A program made the position numbers and the translations under genes. Below, one piece after another: positions 36,103-49,342 of a DNA stretch of 64,000 nt. Origin of the DNA: Dendrobates tinctorius (lineage: Eukaryota); contig NW_027361924.1 in the NCBI RefSeq assembly GCF_039654945.1, positions 9,052,001 through 9,116,000 of the forward strand, read 5' to 3'. Each line of letters begins with the position of its first letter. Position 1 is the first letter of the stretch. The notes below the pieces were generated by a model. The model had not been told where the DNA came from, did no database searches, and saw only the letters and a program-made list of their open reading frames with translations.

Positions 36103-37644
36103 CACTGTGTGTAGAATTATTAGGCAAATGAGTATTTTGATCACATCATCCTTTTTATACATGTTGTCCTACTCCAAGCTGTAAAGGCTTGAAAGCCAAC
36201 TGCCAATTATGTAAATCAGGTGATTTGCATCTCTGTAATGAGGGGTGTCATCTAATGACATCAACACCCTATATAAGGTGTGCTTAATTATTAGGCAACT
36301 TCCTTTCCTTTGGCTAAATGGGTCAGAAGAGAGATTTGACAGACTCTTAAAAGTCAAAAATTTGTGAGATGTCTTGCAGAGGGATGCAATAGTCTTGAAA
36401 TTGCCAAACTTTTGAAGCATGATCACTGAACAATCAAGCGTTTTATGGCAAATAGCCAACAGGGTCGCAAGAATCGTGTTGATTAAAAATACACAAAATA
36501 ACTGCCCATGAATTGAGGAAAATCAAGCGTGAAGCTGCCAAGATGCCATTTGCCACAAGTTTTGCCATATTTCAGAGCTGCAACGTTACTGGAGTATCAA
36601 AAAGCACAAGGTGTGCCATACTCAGGGACATGGCCAAGGTAAGGAAGGCTGTAAAACGACCACCTTTGAACAAGAAACATAAGATAAAATGTCAATACTA
36701 GGCCAAGAAATATGTAAAGACTGATTTGTCTAAGGTTTCATGGACTGATGAAATGAGAGTGACTCTTGATGGGCCAGATGGATGGGCCCGAGGCTGGATC
36801 AGTAAAGCCAGAGAGCTCCAACTCAGATGCCAGCAAGGCGGAGGTGGGGTACTGGTATGGGCTGGTATCAAAGATGAACTTGTGGGACCTTTTCATGTTG
36901 AGGATGGAGTGAAACTCAACTTCCAGATCTACTGCCAGTTTCTGGAAGACACCTTCTTCAACCAGTGTACAGGAAGAAGTTAGTATCGTTCAAGAAAAAC
37001 ATGATTTTCATGCAGAACAATGCTCCATCACATGCAACCAAATACCCCACAGCGTGGCTGCCCAGTAAAGGTCTAAAGAAGAAAAAATAATGACATGGCC
37101 CCCTTGTTCACCTGATCTGAACCCCCTAGAGAACCTGTGGTCCCTCATAAAATGTGAGATCAACAGGGAGGGAAAACAGTACACCACTCGGAAGAGTGTC
37201 TTGGAGGCTGTGGTGGATGCTGCACGCAATGTTGATCGTAAACAGATCAAGCAACTGACAGAATCTATGGATGGAAGGCTTTTGAGTGTCATCGTAAAAA
37301 AAGGTGGCTATATTGGTCACTTTTATTTTTTTGGTTGCTTTTGAATGTCAGAAATGTTTATTTCTAAATTTTTGTGTTGTTATATTGGTTTACCTGGTGA
37401 AAATAAACAAGTAAGATGGGTATATATTTGGGTTTTATTAAGTTGCCTAATAATTCTGCACAGTAATAATGACATGCACAAACAGATATCCTCCTAAGAT
37501 AGCCAAATCTAAAAAAACCCACTCCAACTTCCAAAAATATTAAGCTTTGAAATTTATGAGTCTTTTGGGTTGATTGAGAACATAGTTGTTGTTCAATAAT
37601 AAAAAGAATCCTCTCAAATACAACTTGCCCAATAATTCTGCACA
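36103..37644 (+). mobile_element. Tc1-family transposon (IR/DR type) with a disrupted transposase at ~36318-37320
   Basis: Inserted at TA. Ends cactgtgtgtagaattattaggcaa / ttgcccaataattctgcaca, with inner repeats at ~36284 and ~37442. Motifs WTDE, WPPCSPDLNPLENLW, KKGGYIGH. Confidence 0.92.
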
Positions 37645-38232
37645 TATGATGGGCTCCATGGATGATGCTCCAGTGTATGATGGGCCCCATATATTATTCT
37701 CCAGTGTATAATGCTCCCCATATATTGCTCCAAACATAAAAAATAATGAAATACCTCTTCTCGCTGGGCACTGCTCTACTCTGGACTCCTCAGTGTTGCC
37801 ATCTTCCTGCTCTCTGCACTGTGACTGTTCAGGCAGAGGGTGCACAGACGTGATGTCATCGTGCTCTCTGACCTAAATGTCACTGTCAGGAAACGCGGAA
37901 GACGTCACAGTGGTGGAGCAGGGAGATGTAAGTATTGTAAGTGCTGGGGCCCTGAGCAAGCGGGGGGGCAACCTGTGGGCGCCGTCATTGGCACAGGACC
38001 CCTCATAGTACGACGGTGTCTTGGATGGTGAGTGGGCCCCCTCACCTGCTCAGGGCCCCGGCACTTGCCCGGGTGCGCTAGGTGCTGACGCCAGCCGTGG
38101 GGGGTACAGCCCAGTTAGGGAGGTGGAAAAACTAGCAAATGTTGAGGTGTAGGCTGGACATTCAGCAGCTGCAAATGGAGGAATTGGAGAAGTTGGAGGA
38201 AGAGGAGGACAAAGTGAGTCATTTTGCTGACA

Positions 38233-41200
38233 ACCTGTGTGTCATCAGGGGAAGGTGGTACAAAATCCTTTGAAACCCAGGCATAGTTCATTTTAATGAA
38301 GGTGAGATCACCAACATTTTGGTTCGACAGCCGGGTTCCTCTTTCTGTCAGGATTGATCCAGCAGCACTGAATACTCTTTCTGATAGCACACTATCAGCA
38401 GGGCAAGCGAGCTCCTGTAAGGCATATTGTGCCAATTCAGGCCAGGTGTCTAGTTTACAGGCCCAGTAGTCAAAGGGGAATGAACTGTGAGGGAGAACAT
38501 CGATAGGGGAGGAGAGGTAATTTTGAACCATAGTTGACAACTGCTGTCTCCTGTCTGTTGCAATCGATTCAGTATTAACAGTCGTGTGAGCGGTCCTCGA
38601 GAAATCAGTCCACAACATGGTCATGAATCCCCTGTCTCCAACGTCACTTCGGCTGTGTGTAACACAAACACTTCTTCCATGTTGCCCAGTACAGCTCGTA
38701 GTAGAACCTGCACCGCAGCTGTGTGCTGGGAATGCCTCTGACAAATGGTTTACCAGAGTTGCTGGTTTGTTCGCCAGTATTAGCTCTAGGTTCTCCTGTG
38801 GCATGATGTTCTGTAATTTGACTTTATATCGTGTATCGAGGATGGTGGCCAACCAGTAGTTGTCATCCTTCATAATTTGGGCAATGCGGGGTTCTATTTT
38901 TAGGATCCACAAGACATAATCACACATGTGGGCCAATGTTCCAGGTGTCAATGATGCACTGACAGTGGTGGGTGGAGGAGCACTTTCTGCCAAATCTAAA
39001 TCCCTCCAGTCACGCACAAACTCTGTACCTGACATAGGCAAGCCAACATTTTCTCTTTCCCCCTCAGATGCATCCTCCTCCCCAAAATAATCATCCCTCT
39101 CATCCTCCTCCTCTTCCTCTTCTTCCTCCACCTCATCCAGGACAGTTCCCTGAGCAGACAATGGCTGACTGTCATCAAAGCTTCCCTCCTCCTCTTCCGC
39201 TGCAGACACCTGATTCTTAATGTGCGTCAAAGCTTGCATGAGCAGACGCATAAATGGGATGCTCATGCTTATGATGGCATCGTTTGCGCTTACCAGCCGT
39301 GTGCATTCCTCAAAACACTAAAGGACTTTACAGAGGTCTTTCAGCTTTGACCACTGCACACCTGAAAACTCGATGTCTGCCCTCAAACTGCCTGCCTGTG
39401 TATCCTCCCACAAATGCATTACAGCCTGCCTCTGTTTGCACAGCCTCTCAACCATGTACATGGTGGAGTGCCACCTTGTTGCAACGTCTATGATTAGACG
39501 GTGCTTGGGGAGGTGGAGCGATCGCTGCAGCCTCTGCACACGACTTGAGTCTACGGGCGAGCAACGGATGTGCGAGCACAGTCTTTGCACCTTATGGAGC
39601 AGGGCTGTTAACTCCGGATAATTATTTATGAAGCACTGCTCCACCAGATTCAAGGTGTGAGCCAGGCAAGGTATGTGTCTGAGTTTTGCCAGGGCGATGG
39701 ACGCCACAAAATTATCGCTATCACTAACTACCTTGCCTGCCTCAAGATGTAGACTGCACAGTCATGACTCAGTTTCTCGCTGCAAGTAGTTGGCCAGTAC
39801 TTCCGCGGTGTGTCTGTTGTCGCCCAAAGATATCATCTTTAAAACAGCCTGCTGACGCTTACCACTAGTTGTTCAATAGTGGGACACCTCGTGTGCAATA
39901 CTGGCAGCTGCAGATCGAGTGCTCGTGCCACTGCGCTCTGTCGACGAGCTTTCACTTCTGGAGGAGGAGGAGGGTTGAATGCCTACAGCCAACTGTTTCC
40001 TATATTATGAGCTAGGCAGCACTGTCCCACCGCTGCTGTCCCCTGTGGAGCCTTTATCCACCACATTAACCCAGTGCACAGTGATGGACACGTAACGGCC
40101 CTGGCCATGCCTACTGGACCATGAATCTGATAAGAGGTGCACCTTTCCACTCACTTAGTGTTTGAGTGCCTGGACAATGTGGTCTTTCACATGCAGGTGG
40201 AGGGCAGGGATGGCTTTTCTAGAAAAGAAGTGCCAACTGAGTAGGTCATAGCATGGGACAGCATAGGCCATGAGCTCTCGGGCTCTCGGAATCCTGCGCT
40301 TTCAACCAAACGGAAGGGCATCATCTCTAATGAGATCAGTTTGGCAATGTAGGCATTCAAAGCCAGTGTATGTGGATGAGAGGATGAGTACTTTCTTGTC
40401 CTACTCAGAGTGTCTGCTAGGGTGAGCTGGACTTGAAAGCTGCATATAGGGGAACTAGCGGTGGACATGGCAGACTGAGAGGGGGTTGGTGATGGTGGTG
40501 GTGGTGCTGATGGCCTAGATTCAGTCTTTCTTTGCAAAAAACATTGTGATTCCCTGAAGCTTTGGCCTTGCAACGACACCGCAACATTTCTTGCTGGTGG
40601 TGTGCTAACCGGTGGGCTTACAGTGGGGGAAGCAATGTAGCGTTGCTGGCTACCTTCAGTCAGAGCAGGTGCACATGTGCTACGTGAGGTTTTGTAGTGC
40701 GTCCATGCTTGCAACTGCATGGTGTTTAAATATCTAAGCATGCAACTGGTATTCAAATTTTGGAGATTTTTCCCTCAGCTAAAGGTCCTTGCGCTCTTCT
40801 TACAGATAACCTTTGCCTCATCAATAGGATTTTGGTCAAAAAAGTGCCACACTGCACTCTTCCTAATATGGGATAAATTTTCAGGGCTTGCACGCTGTGC
40901 TAACTTGACCGTCTGGCTATGCTGTCCTGCAACTCTTTTTGTTTTTTTAACACGTTTTTGGACTGCTACGGGCCTGGCAGATAACCGCAGCTGCGATGTC
41001 GATGCCTGCTGCGGATCCTCCACCTCTTCTGAGCTATTGCCAGCGGCACCCTCTTCCCCCAATGGATGCCAATCTGGGTCAACAACTGGGTCATCCATCA
41101 CCTCCTCTTCAATTTCATCTGCACCTTCCTCTGTGTCACCGTGTAAGGTGGTATAGTATGCGGGAAGGAGCACCTGAGTTTCATCAGGGTCAGATTCTGG

Positions 41201-41723
41201 CTCAGTTGACTGCAAGGGCAATGTAGTGCTCTGGGTGAATGTACCAGCAGAATCATATAGCAGTGGCTGTGCATCAGTGCACTCCATGTCAGATTCATCT
41301 TGAACTGGGGAATTCAGGTTTTGACTTTATAACCCAGGCATGGTATGTGGCCTGCCGCATCCTTCACTTTTGGTGGGGGTGAAGGACACAAGGAAAGGTG
41401 TCCCTGACCAGGAGCCTGCACTTACAACTCTGTGCTTGCAGTTTTTGAAACTTCAGAAGAGGAAGCGATAGAGCTGGAGGCTGTTTAGGCAATGTAAGCC
41501 AAAACCTGTTCCTGATGCTCTGGCTTTAAAAGCGGTTTACCTCATCCCAGAAAAGGGAGCCTTCCAGGCCTTCTGGAGCCAGACAATGATGCAGGCTCAA
41601 CACCTCCTGCCTTAGGTGCTATTGTGCTTTTGGCACTACCAGCAGATGGACCACCACCACCACCATCAGTACCAGCTGGCCCCCCCGCCCATGTCCGCGG
41701 CCTCTTCCACCATACTTCCTCAT
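38233..41723 (-). pseudogene. hAT transposase of copy 2 (stops and frameshifts)
   Basis: SAVWHFF..CKK, CLAHTLNL, TRWHS, SERVFSAAG, FIKMN. Colinear with 11013-14552. Confidence 0.92.
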
Positions 41724-41759
41724 GTTTGGGAAAATGTAACCAAAATACCAGCAGATATA

Positions 41760-42110
41760 TGGTACTGTATCAGAAGTGTACAGTTGTCTACGGTGAAGGG
41801 GAAAATTTCAATCTCCATATATATTTCAGGAGTCACACACAGACGCTCTCAGGCTCAGTATGGATTAGACCAGAATATAACAAGCAGTAAAAGGGTACTG
41901 TATCAGAAGATACCAGGTATATATAGCATTGGGGAAAATTTCAATCTCCGTATATATATTTCAGGAGTCACACACAGATGCTCTCAGGCTCAGTATGGAT
42001 TAGATCAGAATATAAAAAGCAGTAAAAGGGTACTGTATCAGAAGATACCAGGTGTATATAGTATTGGGGAAAATTTCAATCTCTGTATATATTTCAGGAG
42101 TCACACACAG
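41760..42110. repeat. Tandem array, ~134-bp unit x ~2.7, 5' of the copy-2 transposase
   Basis: Repeated ggtactgtatcagaag...atttcaggagtcacacacaga..ctctcaggctcagtatggatta. Confidence 0.9.
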
Positions 42111-43772
42111 ATAGTCAGCATGTATTTGTCCGTGATACCAACCGGTACACGGTAGTGTGTAAGGATCGCACAGCTCTATACGGCGTGGGAAAAAAATGAA
42201 TGCTCGGTAACTGTGCAGGAAAGAAGAATACAAGTATTAGTGCTGTTTAAAAAGCAGTCTGCACAGCAGTATGCACACAGCAATACAGCTAGCAGGCAGC
42301 CTAATAACCAGCGCTGCTGGACACAAGAAAATCCTCCCTTGTCACTGCACATTAACTGTATAGAACAATCGCTATCAGCACAAGCACATAAGAACTTCTT
42401 CTTATATCTTTACAGCCCTAACTCTCTCCCTACTGATAAACAGCAACCTCTCCCTACTGTTAAGATCGGCAGAAGTAAAATGGCGGTCAGAGGTCAGGGC
42501 TTTTATAGACACTATGACACGCCACAAAGCAAGCCAATCACTGCAATGCCCTTCTCTAAGATAGTGGTGGACGCTGCCCATGTCATCTCATTGCCCACAG
42601 TGTACATCCTTGTTCACTGGCTGAGAAAAGGTGCCTGCAAGCATTCTGGGAAAACCGACTTTGGCGCTCGGGTCGATTTCACGCTATGGTCGGGTTTCAC
42701 AAAACGAAACCCAACTTTGGCGAAAGTCGGCAACTTATGAATCTGATCGACCTGTTTCGCTCAACTCTAGTTTTGACCATTACATAATATTACTCCGTAC
42801 AGTTGACTTTGAAATATTTTTTATTCCTTTATAGAAGGAATTGTGGTGAAACATTTCTGAAAAAAAGTCCCAATGACGCACATGAAGACTTCTGTTTTCA
42901 AGTCCCTACTATAAATATTTTTAAGTCTTAATTAAAAATATAAAAGAACATAAAAATGTGCCTAGAAAGTCATTTGATTCCTGAATATGTTACAATTTGA
43001 AAAACACTTGACATTTTATGTAATATTTTCCAGAGACCACTGGTATTTTAGTGAACTTTCGTGATACACACTTAGATGACGGTTTCCAGATCATTTCATA
43101 TTTCTTCCTAAGTCATAGAGTAGTAATGGGTTTGTCTAGTGCCCTCATTTGGAAACGCATATTATGGTATCTGATCACATCATGGACTGGGATTTCCCCT
43201 TTGAATGATAGAATTGGTCTTACTGAGGAGTGAAAGCAGCGTAATCACTTTAGTTGTTTAAAACTTCTGAAAAGTTTTTTCACTTCAATCAACTTTGACA
43301 ACTAAATGTATATACACAGATTTTGGATATTTGTATAATACACCCAAGTCTTGGTTTGCATTTTTATCCGTAGCCTTATGTGCTTGGGGGGTGACATTTA
43401 CATGTCAATATCCCTGCTCAACTTAGACACCAAAATATGGGCATAAAATATTTATTGCACAACCAATTGCTGAAGTGAACAAGCCAGTTTTATTATTGCT
43501 GCACGTGCAAGGACAATTCAGTCGGGTGTTTGAGCACAATACAACCAATACGGTCCATAAATCCTCTTGCCCTTATGGGCAGTAGATGCCAAAAAGGATT
43601 TTTAGAAAGTGGGGCTGAGAGAAGAGAGGAATGAACTTATTTGGAAAACATCTGCCAAACTCAAATTTGGCACAAATGTGGGATATTCGGATTTGTGCTC
43701 GCTTTCATGAGAATGTTTACTCAAAGTTGACAAAATTCTGTCAATCACTGCATGCTATTACTAAAATTGTTA

Positions 43773-45099
43773 TGTGATGACTCAGCTGTCAAGGGACCCA
43801 GGACCAGGGGCTCCTTCCCTGTCCCTAATGCTAGGTGCGCCCTATCTCACCCTGTTCCCCTGAATACTTCTGATGATGAAGCTGTCAGGGCCACATACCT
43901 TGCCTTAGCTCCTGGATCCACCCTGAGTCTGTACCCTTCTACCAACCAGGGAAGAGGGGGCTAGTAGTGTACCATACACCAACTAGACTAACAAGGTAAT
44001 ATGAACAGGGGTAACAAAAAATAACAAACCAAAAAAATATACACACACAAATAAAAGGTAAAAGGGATGCACTGGGGGAATAGAGGATAGGGTTAAACAT
44101 AAGTAGGAAAAGAAGGGGAATTATCGCACTCAAAACCGAGCAACGGTCACAGATAACTCCACCTACCACCTACTCTATAACTACCAATAAAAAATTCCAT
44201 CCAGCTTATACATATAGAAGATCAGAGTGTCTATCAGTGCTCGGATGAGAGCCTAAACTTTCCAGGAGCTTTCAATTGAACAGACTAACTCCTGCACTGC
44301 CAATAGAAATTTACACCATTTAAGGTGAAGTGCTCCTAACCAGAGCAAGAGTAGGAGAAATCAGACATTGTGGTCTTCTGGCTCCTCTCTGTCCCAGTAA
44401 ACCCATGACAGTACATCCCCTTCTACGAGGGACCTCTGGATCCTCAGATCCGGGTTTATCAGGGTGTGCCACGTAAAATTGCTGTATCAGTCTGGCCACA
44501 TGGATATTAGAGGCTGGTACCCACATTCTCTTTTCAGGACTGTATCCATTTCAGCGTAGCAAATACTGAAGCGACCAACGAACTAATCAAGAAGCAATGA
44601 TATTTGCTATCTGAAACTCTAAATTTCCATCTACAATGACAGAAGATGGTGGTAGCAATGATGGTACAGATGACGCAATGTATCTTTTTAGTAGACATCA
44701 GTGAAGCACATTATTGATCCTAAAGGTAGGCGGCAAAGCAAGGCGGAATGCTACAGTATTGACGACGGCCACAATCTTATAAGGACCGATAAATCTGGAA
44801 GCCAGTTTCCAAGAGGGAATCTTCAACTTAATGTTCTTTGAGTACAACCATACCAAGTCACCAACACACAGGTCCAGACCCACCAAACGTCTCTGATCAT
44901 CCACACTCTTATATTTGGATCCTATCTTCCTCAAATTATCAATAACCCCTTGTCACACAGACGTAATTGATGAGGAAAGCCGTTCTTCAGGTATTCCAGC
45001 ATTTAATATGAAGGTGAACTGCACCTAACCGGTACAGGAATGGGAGAAATCAGACGCTGCGGTCTTCTGGCTCCTCTCTGTTGCGGTAAACCTGTGACA
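43773..45099 (-). mobile_element. Paralogous copy of Gypsy B (LTR 43773-44410, IN/chromodomain remnant, LTR tip 45001-45099), internally deleted
   Basis: Same left flank as 2143. 5-bp TSD tgtta at 43768-43772 and 45100-45104. RFIGPYKI..FRLALP. Confidence 0.88.
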
Positions 45100-47177
45100 T
45101 GTTAGGCCTATTATTGTGGTGCAGCAAGGAGGCCCAATTGGCTAATCCAGATCATTTGTGAAAATACAGTGTTTCAGTGACAAATCAGAAGGACAGATTT
45201 CCACTTAAAAATCGTTAGGTATAACAGAGTTGTTCAGGCACACTGTCTAAGAAAATTGTTCATTTAGTGACAGGTGACTAACAGATGTGGACCTAAGGTT
45301 GTGAAACAGCAGGTTACAAGTGGGGAAGGCTACATAGAATATGAGTGGGAAAAATACAGCTCATTGTAGAAGAGGGGATAGGCTTGGTGTTCTATGTGTA
45401 TGTGGGTTAGGTGTCAATGTTAATGAAAGCTCAACTGAGCAAACATCGTTTCATCCTATCCAAAGACCACTGACAACATCTGTTAGTGGATAGGCTACTC
45501 CACTCCTTTTCTTTGGTAGCCACACAGCGGTATGCCTTGTAGATGAGGGACAAAAAGAGCATGTGCTCCAGGATGTAAAGCCCTGCATCAAGTGTCCTCT
45601 CCTCCTCTTCCTCCACCTTAAAATCATGCACAGTACAGTAGTCAGAGGTGTCACTGCAATTACCCTTGCTTCCCCTGCGTCACAAATTTCCAAGCACCCA
45701 ACTGACTGTGGTGAATCACACATGGGTAATTCTGCAGAGCTGTTCACACATTCTATTCCATGGGCATAAGAGGTCTGCTCTGAAGAATGACAGAATCCAG
45801 AGGCGGAAAGCATCTTCACAAATGCCCAAAATTTATTTTTCATGTTGGATCCAGGGCTGGACTAAGTAGGGTCAGAGCAGAATCAATACCCTTGTCCCAA
45901 GACATTAACCACCGGGGTTGGAGGTGATCCTGATGAGACTCAGATACCTGAGGCAAACGTGGACTGTACTGTGGTGTCAGGGCAGGAAGGGGAGGAGAGT
46001 GACTCTCAGGGTGAGGAGTGTGGGAACAGAGATGATGATGAGGTTGTAGATTCCACTTGGTGTGAACCCAGAGGTGTGCAGCTGACTAGGAGGAAGACAA
46101 GGAGGTTAGGTTGCGGTTTGCCACACAGACACAACATGATGCAACCATGACAAGCACTGCATCCTCAGCCCTGACTGTGGCCAGCACCAGTCGTGAGTGT
46201 TAAGTTTGCAGAGGTGGCAAAGTTGCCTAGCCTGGGCATTTTTTGAGACTGCAAAGGATGACCCGACTCACGCTATCTGCCAAATTTGCAAATACCACAG
46301 TAGAGGAAAAAATTGCAATAATTTGACAACTACATGCATGAACCGGCACATGCGCGATCAACATGCCTTAGTCTAGGAATCTCACTGTGCTAAAATGTCA
46401 ACTAGCAGACCTTGCCAACCACCAGTCATCCTATTAACCAAATATGCTACTTCATCAGTCACGGTGCCAAGTCTTCTCACATAGGTCTCTGGCCACAGAA
46501 ATCCCACTTGTTTACCCTTACAGTCGGGATGAGTGAGAGCCCATCAGCTGTTATGGAAGTGGATATGACTGCTGTTTTTGTGTCACCCAGCACAACACAT
46601 CTTTCTCAATCCTTAATAAGAACTCTGCTGGCACCTCACTCACAGTCCAGCAGTTTGTCCTGTTCTCCATACTCCAACCTCTCTCTACACAGCAGCCAGC
46701 CCTCAGTCCCGCAGTTGTGGTCACATAAAAGAATATTTCCTTCTGCACATGCCAAAACTACAAGCTTGAACTTCACCATCTACAGTTTGTTGGCCACGGA
46801 ATTGCAGCCATTCCACCTGGTGGACACAGACAGTTTCAGAAAGTTAATGGCCATTGCAGTCCCCCAGTACCAGTTGTCAAGTCGCCATTCCCTAAAAAAA
46901 ATCTATGTCTGCCAGGGTGCATTTCACCACTGACACCTGGATGAGCAAACAAGGTTAGGGGCATTACATCTCACTGAATGGACACTGGGTGACTTTGGTG
47001 ACTGTGGGGCAGGTGGTCAAAGGGCTGCTCCACAAGTCTTGGAATATCCAAGACTTGAGGGAAAAACCTCCTTATCTAAAAGTTCCTCCCCTGCATCTGA
47101 ATCCTCCACTTCCTCTAAGGCCTCCACCTGTGCCCTCAACCTCTCCCTTAATTAGACACGTGTTCCAACAGTGTAGA

Positions 47178-47650
47178 TAATAATAATAATAATACATTTT
47201 ATTTCTATAGCGCCGACATATTCCGCAGCACTTTACATTTCAGAGGGGACTTGTACAGACAATAGACATTACAGCATAACAATAATCACATAGATCATAA
47301 CAGATACCAAGAGGAATGAGGGCCCTGCTCGCAAGCTTACAATCTATGAGGAAAAAAAAGGGAGACACGAAAGGTGGGTGGTAACAGTTGCCCTGATTGT
47401 ATGGACCAGCCATAATGTTAAGTGTGTAACAGTACAGATGCAGAGGGCTACTGGATGCATAAAGCATGTGGGAACATGATGCGGGGAACCTGGTTATGGT
47501 GAAAACTTTTGGCTTTACCACATAGGGATAGATTAGGTTAATGTGTTGAGGCGGTAGGCCAGTCTGAATAAATGAGATTTCAGGGCACGCTTAAAATTGT
47601 GGGGATTGGGGACTAATCGTATTGACCTAGGAAGTGCATTCCATAGAATC
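47178..47650 (-). mobile_element. 3' end of an L2-like LINE with a (TTA)n tail
   Basis: taataataataat followed by ttttatttctatagcgcc..atattccgcagcactttaca, typical of an amphibian L2 3' terminus. It interrupts the hAT-C frame. Confidence 0.6.
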
Positions 47651-48936
47651 CCCCACCACCTCTGTACTGCGCAGCCATGGCTCATCACAATCAGGCAGTG
47701 TTCAAATTATTATGCCTTAGAGATCACAGTCACACATCTCAAGAATTGTGGACAGTTATTCAGGCCAAGTTAGAACAATGGCCGTATTCACTGAAACTGG
47801 AGCGAGGGAAGGCCATGTGTGATAACAGTGCAAACTTGATGGTGGGCCTACACCGGGGCAACCTCGCACATGTGCCTTGCATGGCTTACATCCTCAACCT
47901 GGTGGTACAGCAATTTCTCCACTACTATCCCGGCCTTGATGAGCTGCTGCAGGAAGCACAGTTGCTGTGTGTGCTCACTTCCACCGATCGCTCCCCACAG
48001 GTCACCGATTTGCATCACTACACAGGTCTTTTGGCCTACCCATTAACAAATTGACTTGCAATGTTCCAACATGGTGGAATTCATTGATTTGCATTGCTAT
48101 AGAGGTCTTTCGGCCTACCAGTTAACCATTTGATCTGCAATGTTTCAAACACGTGTAATTCCACTCTGCACATGTTGCAGAGACTGTGGCACCAGTGATG
48201 AGCTTTGGTGCAGTATTTCCTCTTGCATAGCCTGGGCCAATGCAGAATGGACATGGTGCAAATCACGCTTGCGGAGTAGGCACAGATGAAGGACCTTTGC
48301 AGCCTTTTGTACAGTTTTGAAATGGCTACTAAGATGGTTATCACTGATGATCCAATCATCAGCATCACTATTCCAGTCATCTACTTGCTGGAGCAAACTT
48401 TGAATAGTCTGCATGATGAACTTGTGGTCCCAGAGGAAGAGGTAGAAGCTGAGGAGTATGTGAAAGGGATAACAATATCTCAAATTGCCAAACTCATGGC
48501 ACAGGTTGGTGCTATGGGAGGGTGGCTTACAGTGATCGATGGGGGTTCATAGTTCCAAACAAACTGTTAGTGAAGGTGTAGGAGCTGAGGTAAAAATAGA
48601 GGAGGATGAGGTGATGGACGCACAACAGTCAGGGGATGAAAAGAATAATGATCACCTCTCTGGTGTCCGTGGTTGTCTGGAGGGCACAGAGGAAGCAACC
48701 TTGAGTGTTATCTCACCACCAACACTCCATGGACTTGGATCTCATGGAAGTCCCTGACACATGAGAACTTTCTTGCTGCACTACCTTCAACATGACGCTC
48801 ATATTCTAGATTAGAAATAGTGCTTACCACTGGGTTGCCACTCTGTTAGATCCATGGTACAAGAGTAAATTTATCCAGATGATTCCACCCCTTGAGAAGG
48901 ACGCCTGCAAACTGGAGTATCGAAACACTAGATGAT

Positions 48937-49342
48937 AGGGGCCTTTACACATAGCGATATTGCTAGCGATATCGCTAAAGCGTTACCGATTTTGTGACGC
49001 AGCAGCGATATCACTAGCGATATCACTATGTGTGATACTTACCTCCGACCGGCTCCCCCGCTGTCTGTCGCTAATCACGCGAGATCGTCCAGTTCCATTT
49101 CTCGTCGGGCGCTTCCTGCTGGGCTTCCTGCTGGCGCCGACGAGCGACGCGTAGACGCGGGCGGGAGGACGTCAGGATCGCCACGTCTGAAAGGTAAGTA
49201 ATGACCGCTGCTGCGTCGCTACATCGCTGTGAGATCTGCCTATGTGACAGCTCACTAGAGACCATTTAGCGATGCACCAGCGATCCTGACCGGGTCGTAT
49301 CGTTGTCGGGATCGCTGGTGCATCGCTAAATGTAAAGGGGCT
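48937..49342. mobile_element. CpG-rich MITE, probably PIF/Harbinger-type
   Basis: Inverted ends aggggcctttacacatagcgat / atcgctaaatgtaaaggggct, with repeated agcgat/atcgct subterminal motifs. Confidence 0.7.

Larger units (their letters stand above)
35072..42769 (-). mobile_element. Large hAT DNA transposon, copy 2 (same family as 7422-16433, more decayed)
   Basis: TIR TAGAGATGAGCGA / TCGCTCAACTCTA and 8-bp TSD attttgac / gttttgac. Colinear with copy 1. Confidence 0.95.

Noticed and set aside
35685-36162. Repetitive GP..YTGA / MEHY ORFs
   Set aside because: Translations of the ~32-bp minisatellite.
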